DNA from: a virus
DNA length: 64,000 bases
Virus record (IMG/VR): IMGVR_UViG_3300012930_000002
Location: 7,818-71,817 of that record
Direction: 5' to 3' (one strand)
Part shown: positions 18,576 through 29,319 of the stretch, piece after piece
Position numbering within the stretch: position 1 is the first letter of the stretch
Layout: every line of letters begins with the position of its first letter
The notes under the pieces: model-generated
What the model saw: the letters and a program-made list of their open reading frames with translations, nothing else
What the model was told of the DNA's origin: nothing
Database searches by the model: none
Program-made: the position numbers and the translations under genes

Positions 18576-21500
18576 ATGAACAGCAAAACACAGAACGAGC
18601 CGACATTCGCGCAAGTCATTGGGCAAGCGATGACCGACTGGAATAATGCGACCAAAGAGCAGCGGCAAGAAGCGCTGGCTTATGCTGCGGAGCAAGCGCG
18701 GCGCGTTGAGAGAGTATAAGCGGCAAGGAGAGCGACAAACGATGAAGCTGCCCTTTATAATTCTGATCCATGCCCATGATTATATCTGGCAATCCGATTG
18801 GCCTTTTGCGGTTAGAAAAGACGCTACTCAACTTATTTGGGGGCTAATTTGCAAAGGAGTCTAGTTGTCAAAACATCCACCCGTGATTATAGCACAGGGA
18901 GGTAACGAGATGAGCAAGCAAGTAGTGCGAACCGGCAAATCGACAATGCTGATGGAGAAAGCACAGCGAGAAATCCACGCCAACCTCTGGCTCGCATTTG
19001 AGCTTGGGTACAAGGCTGCTGAAAAGGGTCAGAACTGGCAAGCGGCACAGATGGAATTTGACAAGACGCTCGATGACGCGATGAAAGCAAAGGAGTAGTC
19101 ATGTACACCACATCCGACACAACCGAAGAAGCATTACAGGCCGCGTACATCAAATTGCACGGCGAGCGCATGTCAGAGACGGTAGCGCTGACCTGGATGG
19201 ATGATGGTCACATTGACAATCGCGAAGTCGCGTTATTCATCGCGCTGCGAAAGGCGCTTGATGAGCACCTGACCGACCTTGAACTAGCCGAACTGGCGAG
19301 CAGGTGCGTGCAAGGGCCGACGTTTGCAGAGTTTTGTGAAGGAGAGTGATGACGAATCTAAATAAAGTTATTCGGCGAAACACAAGTGCGCATAGGCACG
19401 AAAAGTCCAAAACTCGTGCAATCATCTTGTCACTAGAGCCGCCGGCCAAGGTCGGAGTCAGGCTTATGGGAACACGGCAAACATACCGCCTCGATGCTGA
19501 ATCAGTCTACGAGATTGCTGTTCTCGCACACGAGCGACAGATTGAGCGTGAAGCAAAGCGGCTAGTCAAAGATTGCAAATCTATCCGAGAAGCGAGAGCG
19601 AAAGCGCGCCGACAGTGCAAAGCGTTACTGGCATAAAAGGGAGCAATTATGAGCACGCTACTGAGTGACCAGCTTGACCAAGAGCGGATCGAGGATGCGC
19701 ACGCAGACCTAAGCGAGTGGCTGGTCAATGCACGCACGGACCTTGCCAGCTTCGCAACATCTTTGCACCGCGCCCATCGTGAGGCGACTATTGCGGAGCC
19801 CGTCACGGCGTTATACATCCTACCGATGATCAAGGCAGCACGAGAATTGGAACAGCAATTGAGCGAGCTTATCGAGGTGAGGAAATGAGCGATTGTGCCG
19901 CTCAAGAAACACTACGATGGATCGCTACTCTGCCCTATGATGACGAGCGCAACTTTGGCGATCTCCTTGTAGTTCAGCAAGCTCTCGATGGTCGCTGTAC
20001 TCGTCACGAGCACGATCATCAAATCGTCGATGCGCTTGAGGCAATCTTGAGGCAATGTGGAGAAAGGAAATCGGCGGCGATACGGAGCGGCATATCAATA
20101 CAGCGGTGCATTGTGGAGAAAGCCTAAGAGTGGCAGTAGAAAAGTGGCTGGCGGTTGATTGCGATAAAGAGTGAGACGAAATGATAATCAGTCGGACATA
20201 CAGCGACAGTTGGATCAGCTTATCAGCGTGAGAGGTAAGTAAAATGGACGATGATGCAAACTGCGAAGAAACTGGCGATTATAGTGAAGGTTGCTGCTGC
20301 AAGACTTGTATAAACAATGGTTTTGGTGCAGCAACGGAGGGCAAAAACGATGAGTAGCGCAATTGACATGTGGGGCAGTGACACGATACCAGATGACGAC
20401 CCGGACGGCACGGCAGCCGAGGCGCAAGAGGCGGATGATTTATTAACCGAGCTGTTCGGTCAAATTGAACGAGCTTGGATTGACCATCACGACCGCATGC
20501 TCGTTTACGAATTGAGCGAAAAGCACCCTGAATTTCGCGATCAGTTGTATGAGTTCTTTGAGGATCTTGTTTTGGGTCCGAGCAACCAGTTCAACAGAGA
20601 AATTGAGGAGGCTGAGGACCGGGTTCATAAATGGCTTCAGTCATCTGGGATCGAGATCGCCAAGGCTGCCGCGGTGCAAAAGGCGGATGAGGATGAGGAA
20701 CGCTGGCCTGAACGCTATCAGCAACTTTGTCCGGAGCGCTATCCTGCAATCGAGGCAGCAAGTCATACATGTGATTATTGTAATGGACTTGGCGAAGTGT
20801 TTGATCCTTTCGGGCGTAATCAATTAGCAACTTGTCCAAAGTGCAAAGGTGAAGGCGTGCGCCTAGATGCGATATTAGCAATTGACCGCCCCGGAATGTC
20901 CACCGACTTACTGGCGATGGCAGAGCGGGCAGACCTTGAAATGCTCAACAGGTATCGCAATCACGATAGGATCGCATTACAGCTTTGCGATTTCTGGAGT
21001 GAGTGCCACGCTTTTGCAGCAGAGCTTCAGCGGCGGGAGGAGCAACGATGACGACAACACGAGTGAAGTTACAGAGACAGCTTGATGAATTGGATTCTAA
21101 GATCGCACATGCTGCGCAGGCTTCGCGTATGGCTCAAGAGCGGTTTCAGAAACTACAGCGAGAACGTATTAACGTACAACAGCAAATGAATGAAATGCTG
21201 CGAGCGGAATTGGCAAAGGAGCAGCCATGAGCACAACCGATAACGACGCCCGCGCTATTGCCAAGATGAACGACGCGGAATTTGCAGAGGGGCTGCAACG
21301 GCTGGAGCGAATCATCGCCCCTGCCGCTATCGGCACAGACGAATGGCGGCGAGCTGAGCGGAACCGGGCAGAGGCCACACTTGCCCAGGCGTTCGAGGAT
21401 GCACTTGAACAACTAGGGTACCGAGCCAGTGTCGAAGTAGTCGCTAATATCATCGGTGCGCGCGGCGAGGAAGAGCGGGCGGCGGCGCTGTTTGAGGCAG

Positions 21501-22217
21501 CGGAAACGCGAGAGGACGGACAATGAACAAACGGGCGCGATAATCCTGATACCGAAGCAGGCGAGCGCAGAGGAGGATGGTGATGACGGCAGATGAAATA
21601 CGACAGTTTCACGCAAGGCTTGAACCTCAGTTCAATAAACGACTAGATAAAGATTCATCTAGCGAATTGACGGCTAAAGCTCAGATGATCAGCTTGATTT
21701 ACCAAGCCGAGATCGCGGCTCAATTGGCGGAAATGACCGCTCTCGCCCGCCTGCGGCTCAAGGCGGAGTACGCGCAGGATGAGACGGAGCAAGGTAAGAT
21801 TTATGAGGAGATTGAAAAGTTATGACGCTTTGGCGACGAATTGGCCGATGGATTTTTCCAACAGGGCGAGTGCCGTTTCCCTGTCTTGATCCGAAAATCT
21901 ACAAGCTGCGTTTGCAAGATCGCTGTGACCGATTACCGACCTTCATCAAGCATCGCATCTATCCGTTGGTTGTTCAGAATTGTCATATGGTTCTTGAGGC
22001 TGAAGCGGGTGGCACGTATCGGGCTGTTGCTAAGCACCTATGGTGGGTACTTAAACACGATGTTGAATCAGTTCACTGGCATTGGCGAGAACGGCTAGCA
22101 TACTTGGCTCTTCGGCTACGCGGGTGGGACCGGACAGCCATAGCAATGAAAGCGGAGAGCGATTATTACGCCGAGTTTCCAGAAGAGGAAGAGACTGCGG
22201 AGGAAATTGAGCAATGA
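18576..22217 (+). other. Run of small early hypothetical ORFs (e.g. 18576..18719, 18910..19098, 19101..19349, 19346..19636, 19649..19888, 19885..20127, 21227..21526, 21577..21825, 21822..22217)
   Basis: Tightly packed plus-strand ORFs with Shine-Dalgarno sites and ATGA overlaps; no family recognised. Confidence 0.5.
20350..21051 (+). CDS. Hypothetical protein with DnaJ-type zinc finger
   Basis: CDYCNGLG...CPKCKGEG; start placed at MSSAID after GGAGG. Confidence 0.55.
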   Translation: MSSAIDMWGSDTIPDDDPDGTAAEAQEADDLLTELFGQIERAWIDHHDRMLVYELSEKHPEFRDQLYEFFEDLVLGPSNQFNREIEEAEDRVHKWLQSSGIEIAKAAAVQKADEDEERWPERYQQLCPERYPAIEAASHTCDYCNGLGEVFDPFGRNQLATCPKCKGEGVRLDAILAIDRPGMSTDLLAMAERADLEMLNRYRNHDRIALQLCDFWSECHAFAAELQRREEQR

Positions 22218-22382
22218 GTCTCATAATCACCGACTACCCCGATAACGGCGAGACTAGCCAATATCCATTCGACTCACGTGTACCCCGCCGCATAGTCGTG
22301 CTGAGAGGACGGTGGGGGAGATGGAATCCTCGCGTCCACGAACGCGTTGACGGATGCGTTGCTGACGTGGTAGAATCAACGC

Positions 22383-22865
22383 ATGAGCAAGTGCCGGTTG
22401 CCGGGGTGGGCGACGGTAAGAGCCAATTACCGCAAGGGCAAAGCTTATCAAGGGCACACGCCGAGCTTACGGGGCCAGTACATCCCATGTGGCTACTGTT
22501 TCGAGAATTGGGCATCTGGATACGATCACATCCGGTCCGTCTCGCGTGGTGGAAGCGATGAAGCGTCTAATCTATATCCATCGTGTCGGCGATGTAATAA
22601 CCTGCTTGGTGCAAAACTATTCGCATCGCTAGAGGAGAAACGAGAGTATGTCAGACACAGGCTTATTGAAAAAGGAAAGTGGCGTCTGCCCAATCTGCAA
22701 GAAGAAGTTCAAGAAAGTTACGAAGCATCAAGTTTTCGATCTGCCAAAGTGCAGACGAAAACATTGGGAGTTGATGCACCCGCGTATGAATATGGACACG
22801 CAATCGACTGCGAACACTGCGGAAAATCAACAGTGAGGAAACAAGTATGGACAGACGTAAAGTAG
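22383..22865 (+). CDS. HNH endonuclease
   Basis: CGYC...YDHIRSVSRGGSDEASNLYPSCRRCN. Confidence 0.8.
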   Translation: MSKCRLPGWATVRANYRKGKAYQGHTPSLRGQYIPCGYCFENWASGYDHIRSVSRGGSDEASNLYPSCRRCNNLLGAKLFASLEEKREYVRHRLIEKGKWRLPNLQEEVQESYEASSFRSAKVQTKTLGVDAPAYEYGHAIDCEHCGKSTVRKQVWTDVK

Positions 22866-24557
22866 ACGGCACGATCTGGCAGGTGCGCGAGATCAAGATA
22901 TTCGGCTTTGTGATCTGGCACTGGAATACGAAGCGACTGACCACGGCGGAACTGATGCGACGGATTGGTATTCGTTGATGACGGACGCCGAGCGCGGGCA
23001 AGGGGACAGCACGAATGCACGTTTACATCGTCTGTTGAAAGGAACCTAATGGGCAATCGAATTATTAAACAACCTGACGGCAAATTTGCAGTATGGTCAA
23101 CGGCCGTAGACGCTTCCACGATGATCGACGCAACGCCTGATGAGATTGTCGAAGAGTGGCTATCTGATGAGCGAGCACGATTAACACAGCGGGCAGAACA
23201 AATCACTACCGCTTTAGACGCAGACGAGCGCCCTTATCACCAATTTACTGAATCGTGGGAAGAAGCGCTGGAAACGTATCAAGATATTCACGGCGAGTCG
23301 TTCGATTTAGAGTAGGAACGGGCAATGGCCGAGAGACGGAAGCGGGAGGCGGAAGGGCGATGACGACATTTGAAATAGAGAACAGCACAAAGAAACAGCG
23401 AGCCATGCTCAGGTTGGGATACGACATTGAGCAACTGGATTCCAGGTATACCAACGTCACGTGTGAGGATGCGGAGATTGACGACCTAAGTGAGCTTTTA
23501 GACGAAATGGGTTTGGAGTATCGGCTAGCATAGGATCACAAATGAGATTCACGATAGCTAAGAATTTGCGCGGCGTGCCAGAAGGATTCAGCGGCGAAGT
23601 CGTTACCGCCGACGAATACGACACGCTCCAGGCTTGCTATGATAAGGCGCAGACTCAGCACGACGCTTATCAAAACGGTCTGCAACGGATCGCTGCCGCA
23701 GTCGGCGTCGATACACCATTGCAGCTTATAACCGAAGCCGAAAATAACGAGCAGGATTACTTCGATCTACTGATTAAGATCATCCAGCGCAATTACATGG
23801 AGCCAGTCGCCGCTCTCGCTGCTCGTTGCGACGAACTTAGCAGCCGTTATAGAGCCGTACTCGCTGAGAACTATACTGATCTACTTGACCAAATGGATGA
23901 AGCCTGGGGCGTTAGCGGCCAGCCGGAGCGTGTTGAGATTAATGCTTTCATTGAGAGCCGCCGTGTGCATAAGCCGACGACACGATTACGAGAGCGGATC
24001 GCCACACTGGAGGCCGAGATTGAGGAAGCGTGCGCGGATTGCTGTATCGACTGTCGCGTTTCTAAATCCGACCGCACTGAACCCGGCGACTGGATTCATG
24101 TGTTTCAAAGCAGGATTGTCGGTAGCGGGCATCGGTACTGTTTTGCTGCCTCTATTCGCGAACGAGCGTATCAACGGAAGCAGAAAGGCAAATGAGCGAC
24201 AGACAAAATCCACCAAAGCCGAGTAGCGCTAAAGCCATGCGGAAGTATGTCCATAAAGCCGCACACGACACCTATTCAAATCGCCAGTGGTGTAATGGAC
24301 ATCAGGCTTGGCACTATCGCGGCGCGTTCAGCAGTGGTCGAGCAAATGATTGCCTTGAAGTGCTGCGGCATAGGCGAAAGCAGAAAGCAGAACAATGACA
24401 ATGAACATAGTCAACCTAATCGTAATTATCAGTTGCACCGTTGTCGCTACTCTCTGTGCGACAAAGAATCTGTGGCCGGTTGTCGCAATCAGCATTGGCG
24501 CAGTCCTGCTTAACGCTATTGGCTTACTGCTCAGAAATCACCAGCGCACTTCCTAGC

Positions 24558-24586
24558 TTGCCAGCTCTTTGAAGATGTGATAGGAT
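24558..24586 (+). promoter_or_regulatory. Promoter for the replication genes
   Basis: TTGCCA, 17-nt spacer, TAGGAT with TG extended -10. Confidence 0.5.
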
Positions 24587-24601
24587 AGGCAAGACAAGAA
24601 C

Positions 24602-24728
24602 GGGCGAGTAGACTCCGCCGAATAGACTGTTGGGCAGGCCCTTTAGTTCTAGGGCGCTTCTGGCATTCTCACGCCCAATGAGAGAGTCTACTAGCGCCGG
24701 GCGCTCTGGAACTAAGGGGCTTTTCATT
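24602..24728 (+). ncRNA. C4/CI-like structured antisense or attenuator element upstream of the helicase
   Basis: 20-bp stem 24638-24657 with 24701-24720 followed by TTTTCATTT; internal CGCCCAA and GTCTACT are complementary to upstream TTGGGC and AGTAGAC. Confidence 0.55.
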
Positions 24729-26137
24729 TGCCTACAAAACCGAACGGACGCTATTTCTCTCTTACCGATGACGGTAACGGCAAACTTTTCACGCAGCTCT
24801 TTCACGGTCAGGTTCTTTTCGATACTTCAACGGGTCAGTGGTATTACTGGAATAAGCAACGATGGGTTACTGATTCCAATTGGCGTATGTGGCGCGCGGC
24901 AAAGTTAGTTTCACGGCAGCGAACACAAGCCGCTCGTGAAATGCCCGATGGGGATATGAAAGTAGCAATGTTAGGCTTTGCAAAACAATCACTCAATGTG
25001 CCAAAGATTGAATCGCTATTACGGTCGGCACGATCAGAATACGGAATGTCTACAACTGGAGCTGAATGGGATGCAGAGCCGTTGTTACTAGGTTGTCAGA
25101 ATGGCGTGCTCGATCTTGCCACAGGCAGATTAATAAAGCCTCAATCTAAGATGCGTATTACACAACAGGCCAATACAGTGTTTGATCCTGCCGCAAAGTG
25201 TCCATTGTGGGAAAAGACGCTACAGTCTTACTGGCCCGATGACGACGAGATAGTCGGATTCGTGCAACGGGCAGTGGGCTATTCAATGTCAGGTTCAATT
25301 AGCGAGCAGGTATTCTTTTGTCTATTTGGTGAAGGCGCGAACGGTAAGAGTACATTTCTCGGAGTAATCCAAAAACTACTTGGTGACTACGCTTACACAA
25401 TGCCATTCTCAACTGTTGAGTTTGACAATCGTTCGACTATTTCAAATGACGTAGCAGCATTGCGTGGAAAACGGTTTGTACTATCAAGCGAGACACAAGA
25501 GGATATCCGACTGAACGAAGGGCGCATCAAGTCATTAACCGGTGATTCAACTATCACCGCTCGGTTCCTGCGCCAAGAATATTTTACTTTTCAACCAGTC
25601 GGCAAGTTCTGGCTCGCATTCAATCATAAACCACGTATCGTCGATCAGAGCTATGGATTGTGGCGGCGACTTCGGCTGATTTGCTTCAATCAGACATTTG
25701 ATAAAGAACGGCGAGTTAAGGGACTAGAACAGCAGCTACTCGCTGAGTTGCCCGGCATTCTTACTTGGGCCGTGCGCGGGTGCCTTGACTGGCAGAAGCA
25801 GGGATTAGAAGCAACTGCTTCGATTTTACGCGAGACCGAGCGATACAAACGAGAATCCAACATACTGGACGATTATCTAGAGGATCGTTGCTTGCGCCAA
25901 GAGGGATTGAGCGTACCTAAGGCTGATCTCTATGCCGACTATCTTGATTGGTGTGCGGATAACAGAGAAAAGTGGCCAGTTGGCAAAAAAGGATTTAGCC
26001 AGCGCATCCTCGGCATGGGCATTCGCGACGGGCATAAGAAAGAAGGCCACTCAACTGTTCGTATCTGGCTCGGGCTAGACATTCAATCTGTAAACCAATC
26101 TGTAAACCAAGTAAGTGACGTAGATTCAGTGAATTAG
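24728..26137 (+). CDS. P4-family primase/helicase C-terminal module (D5_N plus SF3 helicase), no primase domain
   Basis: TDDGNG, WYYWNKQRW, LLGCQNGVLDL, GEGANGKST (Walker A), IKSLTGDSTITARFL, FNHKP, LWRRL. Confidence 0.9.
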   Translation: MPTKPNGRYFSLTDDGNGKLFTQLFHGQVLFDTSTGQWYYWNKQRWVTDSNWRMWRAAKLVSRQRTQAAREMPDGDMKVAMLGFAKQSLNVPKIESLLRSARSEYGMSTTGAEWDAEPLLLGCQNGVLDLATGRLIKPQSKMRITQQANTVFDPAAKCPLWEKTLQSYWPDDDEIVGFVQRAVGYSMSGSISEQVFFCLFGEGANGKSTFLGVIQKLLGDYAYTMPFSTVEFDNRSTISNDVAALRGKRFVLSSETQEDIRLNEGRIKSLTGDSTITARFLRQEYFTFQPVGKFWLAFNHKPRIVDQSYGLWRRLRLICFNQTFDKERRVKGLEQQLLAELPGILTWAVRGCLDWQKQGLEATASILRETERYKRESNILDDYLEDRCLRQEGLSVPKADLYADYLDWCADNREKWPVGKKGFSQRILGMGIRDGHKKEGHSTVRIWLGLDIQSVNQSVNQVSDVDSVN

Positions 26138-26321
26138 AGAAATGGATTTTTTCCGTTTACACTTGGATTTTTGAAGTGTAAACCAAGGAAGTGACACAGA
26201 CTCAATGAATTATAGTCAATTTTCTATTAAAGTTTACACTTCAAAACTACATAGAACGCGCTCATGCGCATGCGCGCGCACCGTCGATTGGAATTTGAGG
26301 CTCCATCTGTAAACTGTAAAC
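26089..26321. repeat. Iteron-like TGTAAAC array; candidate replication origin
   Basis: Seven TGTAAAC/GTTTACA copies at 26089, 26101, 26155, 26177, 26232, 26308 and 26315 in AT-rich DNA. Confidence 0.7.
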
Positions 26322-26332
26322 GGAGGTTTTCA

Positions 26333-27628
26333 ATGGAATCAATAGTTAGCTACGACGACGATGATCTAGCGGTGGAGTTTGACGAGCAGCCGAGCGGTCA
26401 AGTTGCCACAGAGTTTCTGACCGGAAGCGCCGGCACGGGCAAGAGCTACGAGGTTAACCGGCGCATCGAGGTCAATCCGAGCTATGCACTAATCGCCGCC
26501 ACAACCGGCATTGCCGCTATCAACCTTGGCGAAGGTGTGACCACGATCAACGCCGCCCTTGGCTACTTCGACACCGAAAGCCTGATCGACAGCTACGTGC
26601 AAGGCTGGTTGACAAAGCGGCTGCGAAAGATTGCCAAGATGGGCTATGAGAACCTGGTGATTGACGAAGTGTCGATGATGGCTGCTGAGCAACTGGACTG
26701 TATTGTCAAGGCGATGGATGAGGTAGGAAGCATGGGGCTTGTGCTGACCGGCGACTTTTGCCAGCTGCCACCGATCAAGGCGCGTTGGGCATTTGAGGCC
26801 GACTGTTGGCGAGAGCGGTTCGAGGGCGAGCACGTAACGAAGCTGACCAAGTGTTGGCGACAGGATGATGTGACCTTTCTAGCAGCACTAGCGGCGATTC
26901 GGCGCGGCGACGGCGACCAAGGGGTTGAACTACTTGACCAATGTAGTATCACCTACGCCAGCAACAATGCGCTCGACTTCGCGGGCACTACACTGGTTAG
27001 CAAGAACGATGAAGTCGAGCGATTCAACTGGGTCTGTCATAGCAAGCTGACCACTCCTGCAATGACCGTAAAATCGTTCCGCTGGGGAAAACAGAAAGGT
27101 GAGTGGAAACTGGTGCCTGAACGGTTGGAGTTAAAACAAGGCGCATATGTAATGATTCTCGCGAATAAGCGATGGAATCCAGATGACGGCGATGGATTCG
27201 AATATGTCAACGGGGACTGCGGCGATATTGTCAGCGTCGATAAGACAAGCGGTGTTTTCACCGTAGCGCTCAAGCGAGATGGGCGAGAAGTGCGAGTGAC
27301 GCCGATTACCCGCCGCAATGAGCAAAAAGAGCGACCTGCCGACGAAAGCGAGCGGACATATTTTGATGAAATAAAGAAGCGATGGATAGTAGGCGAGATT
27401 AGCTACGTGCCGCTGCGACTGGCCTATGCGAGCACTGTTCATAAGAGCCAAGGACTGTCACTGGACGCAGTGCAGATCAACTTGACTAATGCGTTTTTTG
27501 GAAGCCCGGCAATGGCATATGTCGCACTTTCACGCTGTCGAGCCGTTAGCGGACTGCGGATCGTCGGCGACAGGGACACGTTAAGACGGCGGGTGAAAAC
27601 TGATCCAAAGGTGCTACGGTTTTTGTAA
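26333..27628 (+). CDS. Pif1/RecD-like SF1B DNA helicase
   Basis: TGSAGTGKS, AATTGIAA, VIDEVSM, GDFCQLPP, PLRLAYASTVHKSQGLSLD, YVALSR. Confidence 0.9.
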   Translation: MESIVSYDDDDLAVEFDEQPSGQVATEFLTGSAGTGKSYEVNRRIEVNPSYALIAATTGIAAINLGEGVTTINAALGYFDTESLIDSYVQGWLTKRLRKIAKMGYENLVIDEVSMMAAEQLDCIVKAMDEVGSMGLVLTGDFCQLPPIKARWAFEADCWRERFEGEHVTKLTKCWRQDDVTFLAALAAIRRGDGDQGVELLDQCSITYASNNALDFAGTTLVSKNDEVERFNWVCHSKLTTPAMTVKSFRWGKQKGEWKLVPERLELKQGAYVMILANKRWNPDDGDGFEYVNGDCGDIVSVDKTSGVFTVALKRDGREVRVTPITRRNEQKERPADESERTYFDEIKKRWIVGEISYVPLRLAYASTVHKSQGLSLDAVQINLTNAFFGSPAMAYVALSRCRAVSGLRIVGDRDTLRRRVKTDPKVLRFL

Positions 27629-27802
27629 TGCGTATCATAATCCCCCCTGCCAAAGAAGGAGACAACGTGATGCGCGACGGCCTGTATCAAGTCACAACGC
27701 GCTATTTGACGGCCGGGTTCGTGGTCGAGAATGGCAAAGTAACAATATATGCACCGATCCTGAGAGCGCGATTAAGCTACTGGATGACGGTAGCGGTGAG
27801 AA

Positions 27803-28147
27803 TTGGCTAACGAGAGGGGAGACAGCGTGATGGACGATTATCCGACCGATGACGAACTGGAGCGGATTACCAAGTGGCCACACGATGATCCTGCCGGCTG
27901 GTTTAAATATGTGCGCTCGGTTGGAAACTACTGGAGCGATCAACCTCCGTGGGGCTGGCACGAAGAGACTGCGGACGATGACGGTAAGCAGGTTAAAGAG
28001 ATTCACGTTTCAACGGGCGGCTGGTCTGGCAACGAAGACATTATCCTCGCGATGCAACAGAACTTTGTCTTATGGTCGCTCAATTGGTACCAGCACCAGA
28101 CCGGCGGACATTACATCTTTCGGCTACATCCAGCACTTGGAGAATGA
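27803..28147 (+). CDS. Phage hypothetical protein
   Basis: DYPTDDELERI...STGGWSGNEDII...GGHYIF pattern recalled from other phage proteins. Confidence 0.5.
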   Translation: MANERGDSVMDDYPTDDELERITKWPHDDPAGWFKYVRSVGNYWSDQPPWGWHEETADDDGKQVKEIHVSTGGWSGNEDIILAMQQNFVLWSLNWYQHQTGGHYIFRLHPALGE

Positions 28148-28636
28148 CGGCGATGAGACAACTACCACGAAGCATCAAGAGTTTCCTTTGTTACAACCTG
28201 CATATCCACGTTGACCTGAATCACGGGCCGTTCGAGGACGGTAGCTATCAGAGCTGGTGTCATTGGTGCGGCTGGCGAAAGTCCTACGCGATTGGATTCA
28301 AGGGGATGCTCACATCGCGATTTATGGAGTGGGAGTAATGACGGCGATGACGACAGCAGTAGTAACCGACAAGTTCAAGGTTCACGTTTGGGTCTGCGGT
28401 GATTACGCCAGTGCCTATGAGTTCAATACTCGCGAAGAAGCACGGGCAGATATTGAATCGCGCCAGCCGATGCTTGCTTGTCATTGCTATTACGAAACGG
28501 AGGAGCCAGATGACGATAGCAACTAGGCTAGAGCGGCTAGAGACACTGTATGCCGCCCTCGTCCGTCACCAATCCGACCTGCATAACTGGCGGTGGATAG
28601 AAGTGCTGGCAGCAATGAAAGCGATAGGAGAAACCG

Positions 28637-29083
28637 ATGAGCAAAATACTTGATCCGAATCGTCGCTATGTTGTCGGCTTCGTCTTCTCTCTTGATCGCC
28701 ATAATGTTCTCCTGATCCGCAAAAAGCGTCCAGTTTGGCAAGAGGGAAAGCTAAACGGTATCGGCGGTGCAATCGAGACAGGTGAGACGCCAACCGCCGC
28801 AATGGTCCGCGAGTTTGCTGAAGAATGCGGGATAGTCTTACCGCTCCAAGCGTGGCAGTTGTTTGCCTCAATTCGCGATAGTCGCGGTTGGTGGGTTGAT
28901 TTTTTCTACGCTTGGCACGGTGAGATAGGCGATGCGCGATCGTTGACCGATGAGGACGTTGAGTTAGTGCCGGTCAGTTTTATCAGCAATGCCAAGTGCT
29001 TACCAAGTCTTCGCTGGCTGATTCCAATGGCGTTGTCAATGAGCAGCGAGAGTCATCGTGGTTATGAGATTCAAGAGAGGTAG
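28637..29083 (+). CDS. NUDIX hydrolase
   Basis: Nudix box GGAIETGETPTAAMVREFAEECG. Confidence 0.9.
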   Translation: MSKILDPNRRYVVGFVFSLDRHNVLLIRKKRPVWQEGKLNGIGGAIETGETPTAAMVREFAEECGIVLPLQAWQLFASIRDSRGWWVDFFYAWHGEIGDARSLTDEDVELVPVSFISNAKCLPSLRWLIPMALSMSSESHRGYEIQER

Positions 29084-29319
29084 AACGTGGCAAAATCACA
29101 GAACCAAACACCAGCGCTATTCGATCTAGGTGAACCAGCAGCCATGACAGCACCCGCAATAGTCACTGTCGATCCTGGCGCACTGACGCGATTGCTAACC
29201 GAGTACGCCGAGGGCAAGGAGCGGCGGCGCGAGGTGGCGATGGAGTTATGGGCGCACCCTGAAAGTCCGCTGTTTGATGAACTGATGCGGGCGTTGGAGG
29301 CAGCAGAGGCACATGGACA

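Noticed and set aside
26089-26321. CRISPR array
   Set aside because: Repeats are 7 bp, in both orientations and irregularly spaced, and no cas operon is present; the Cas4-like nuclease sits in a recombination module.
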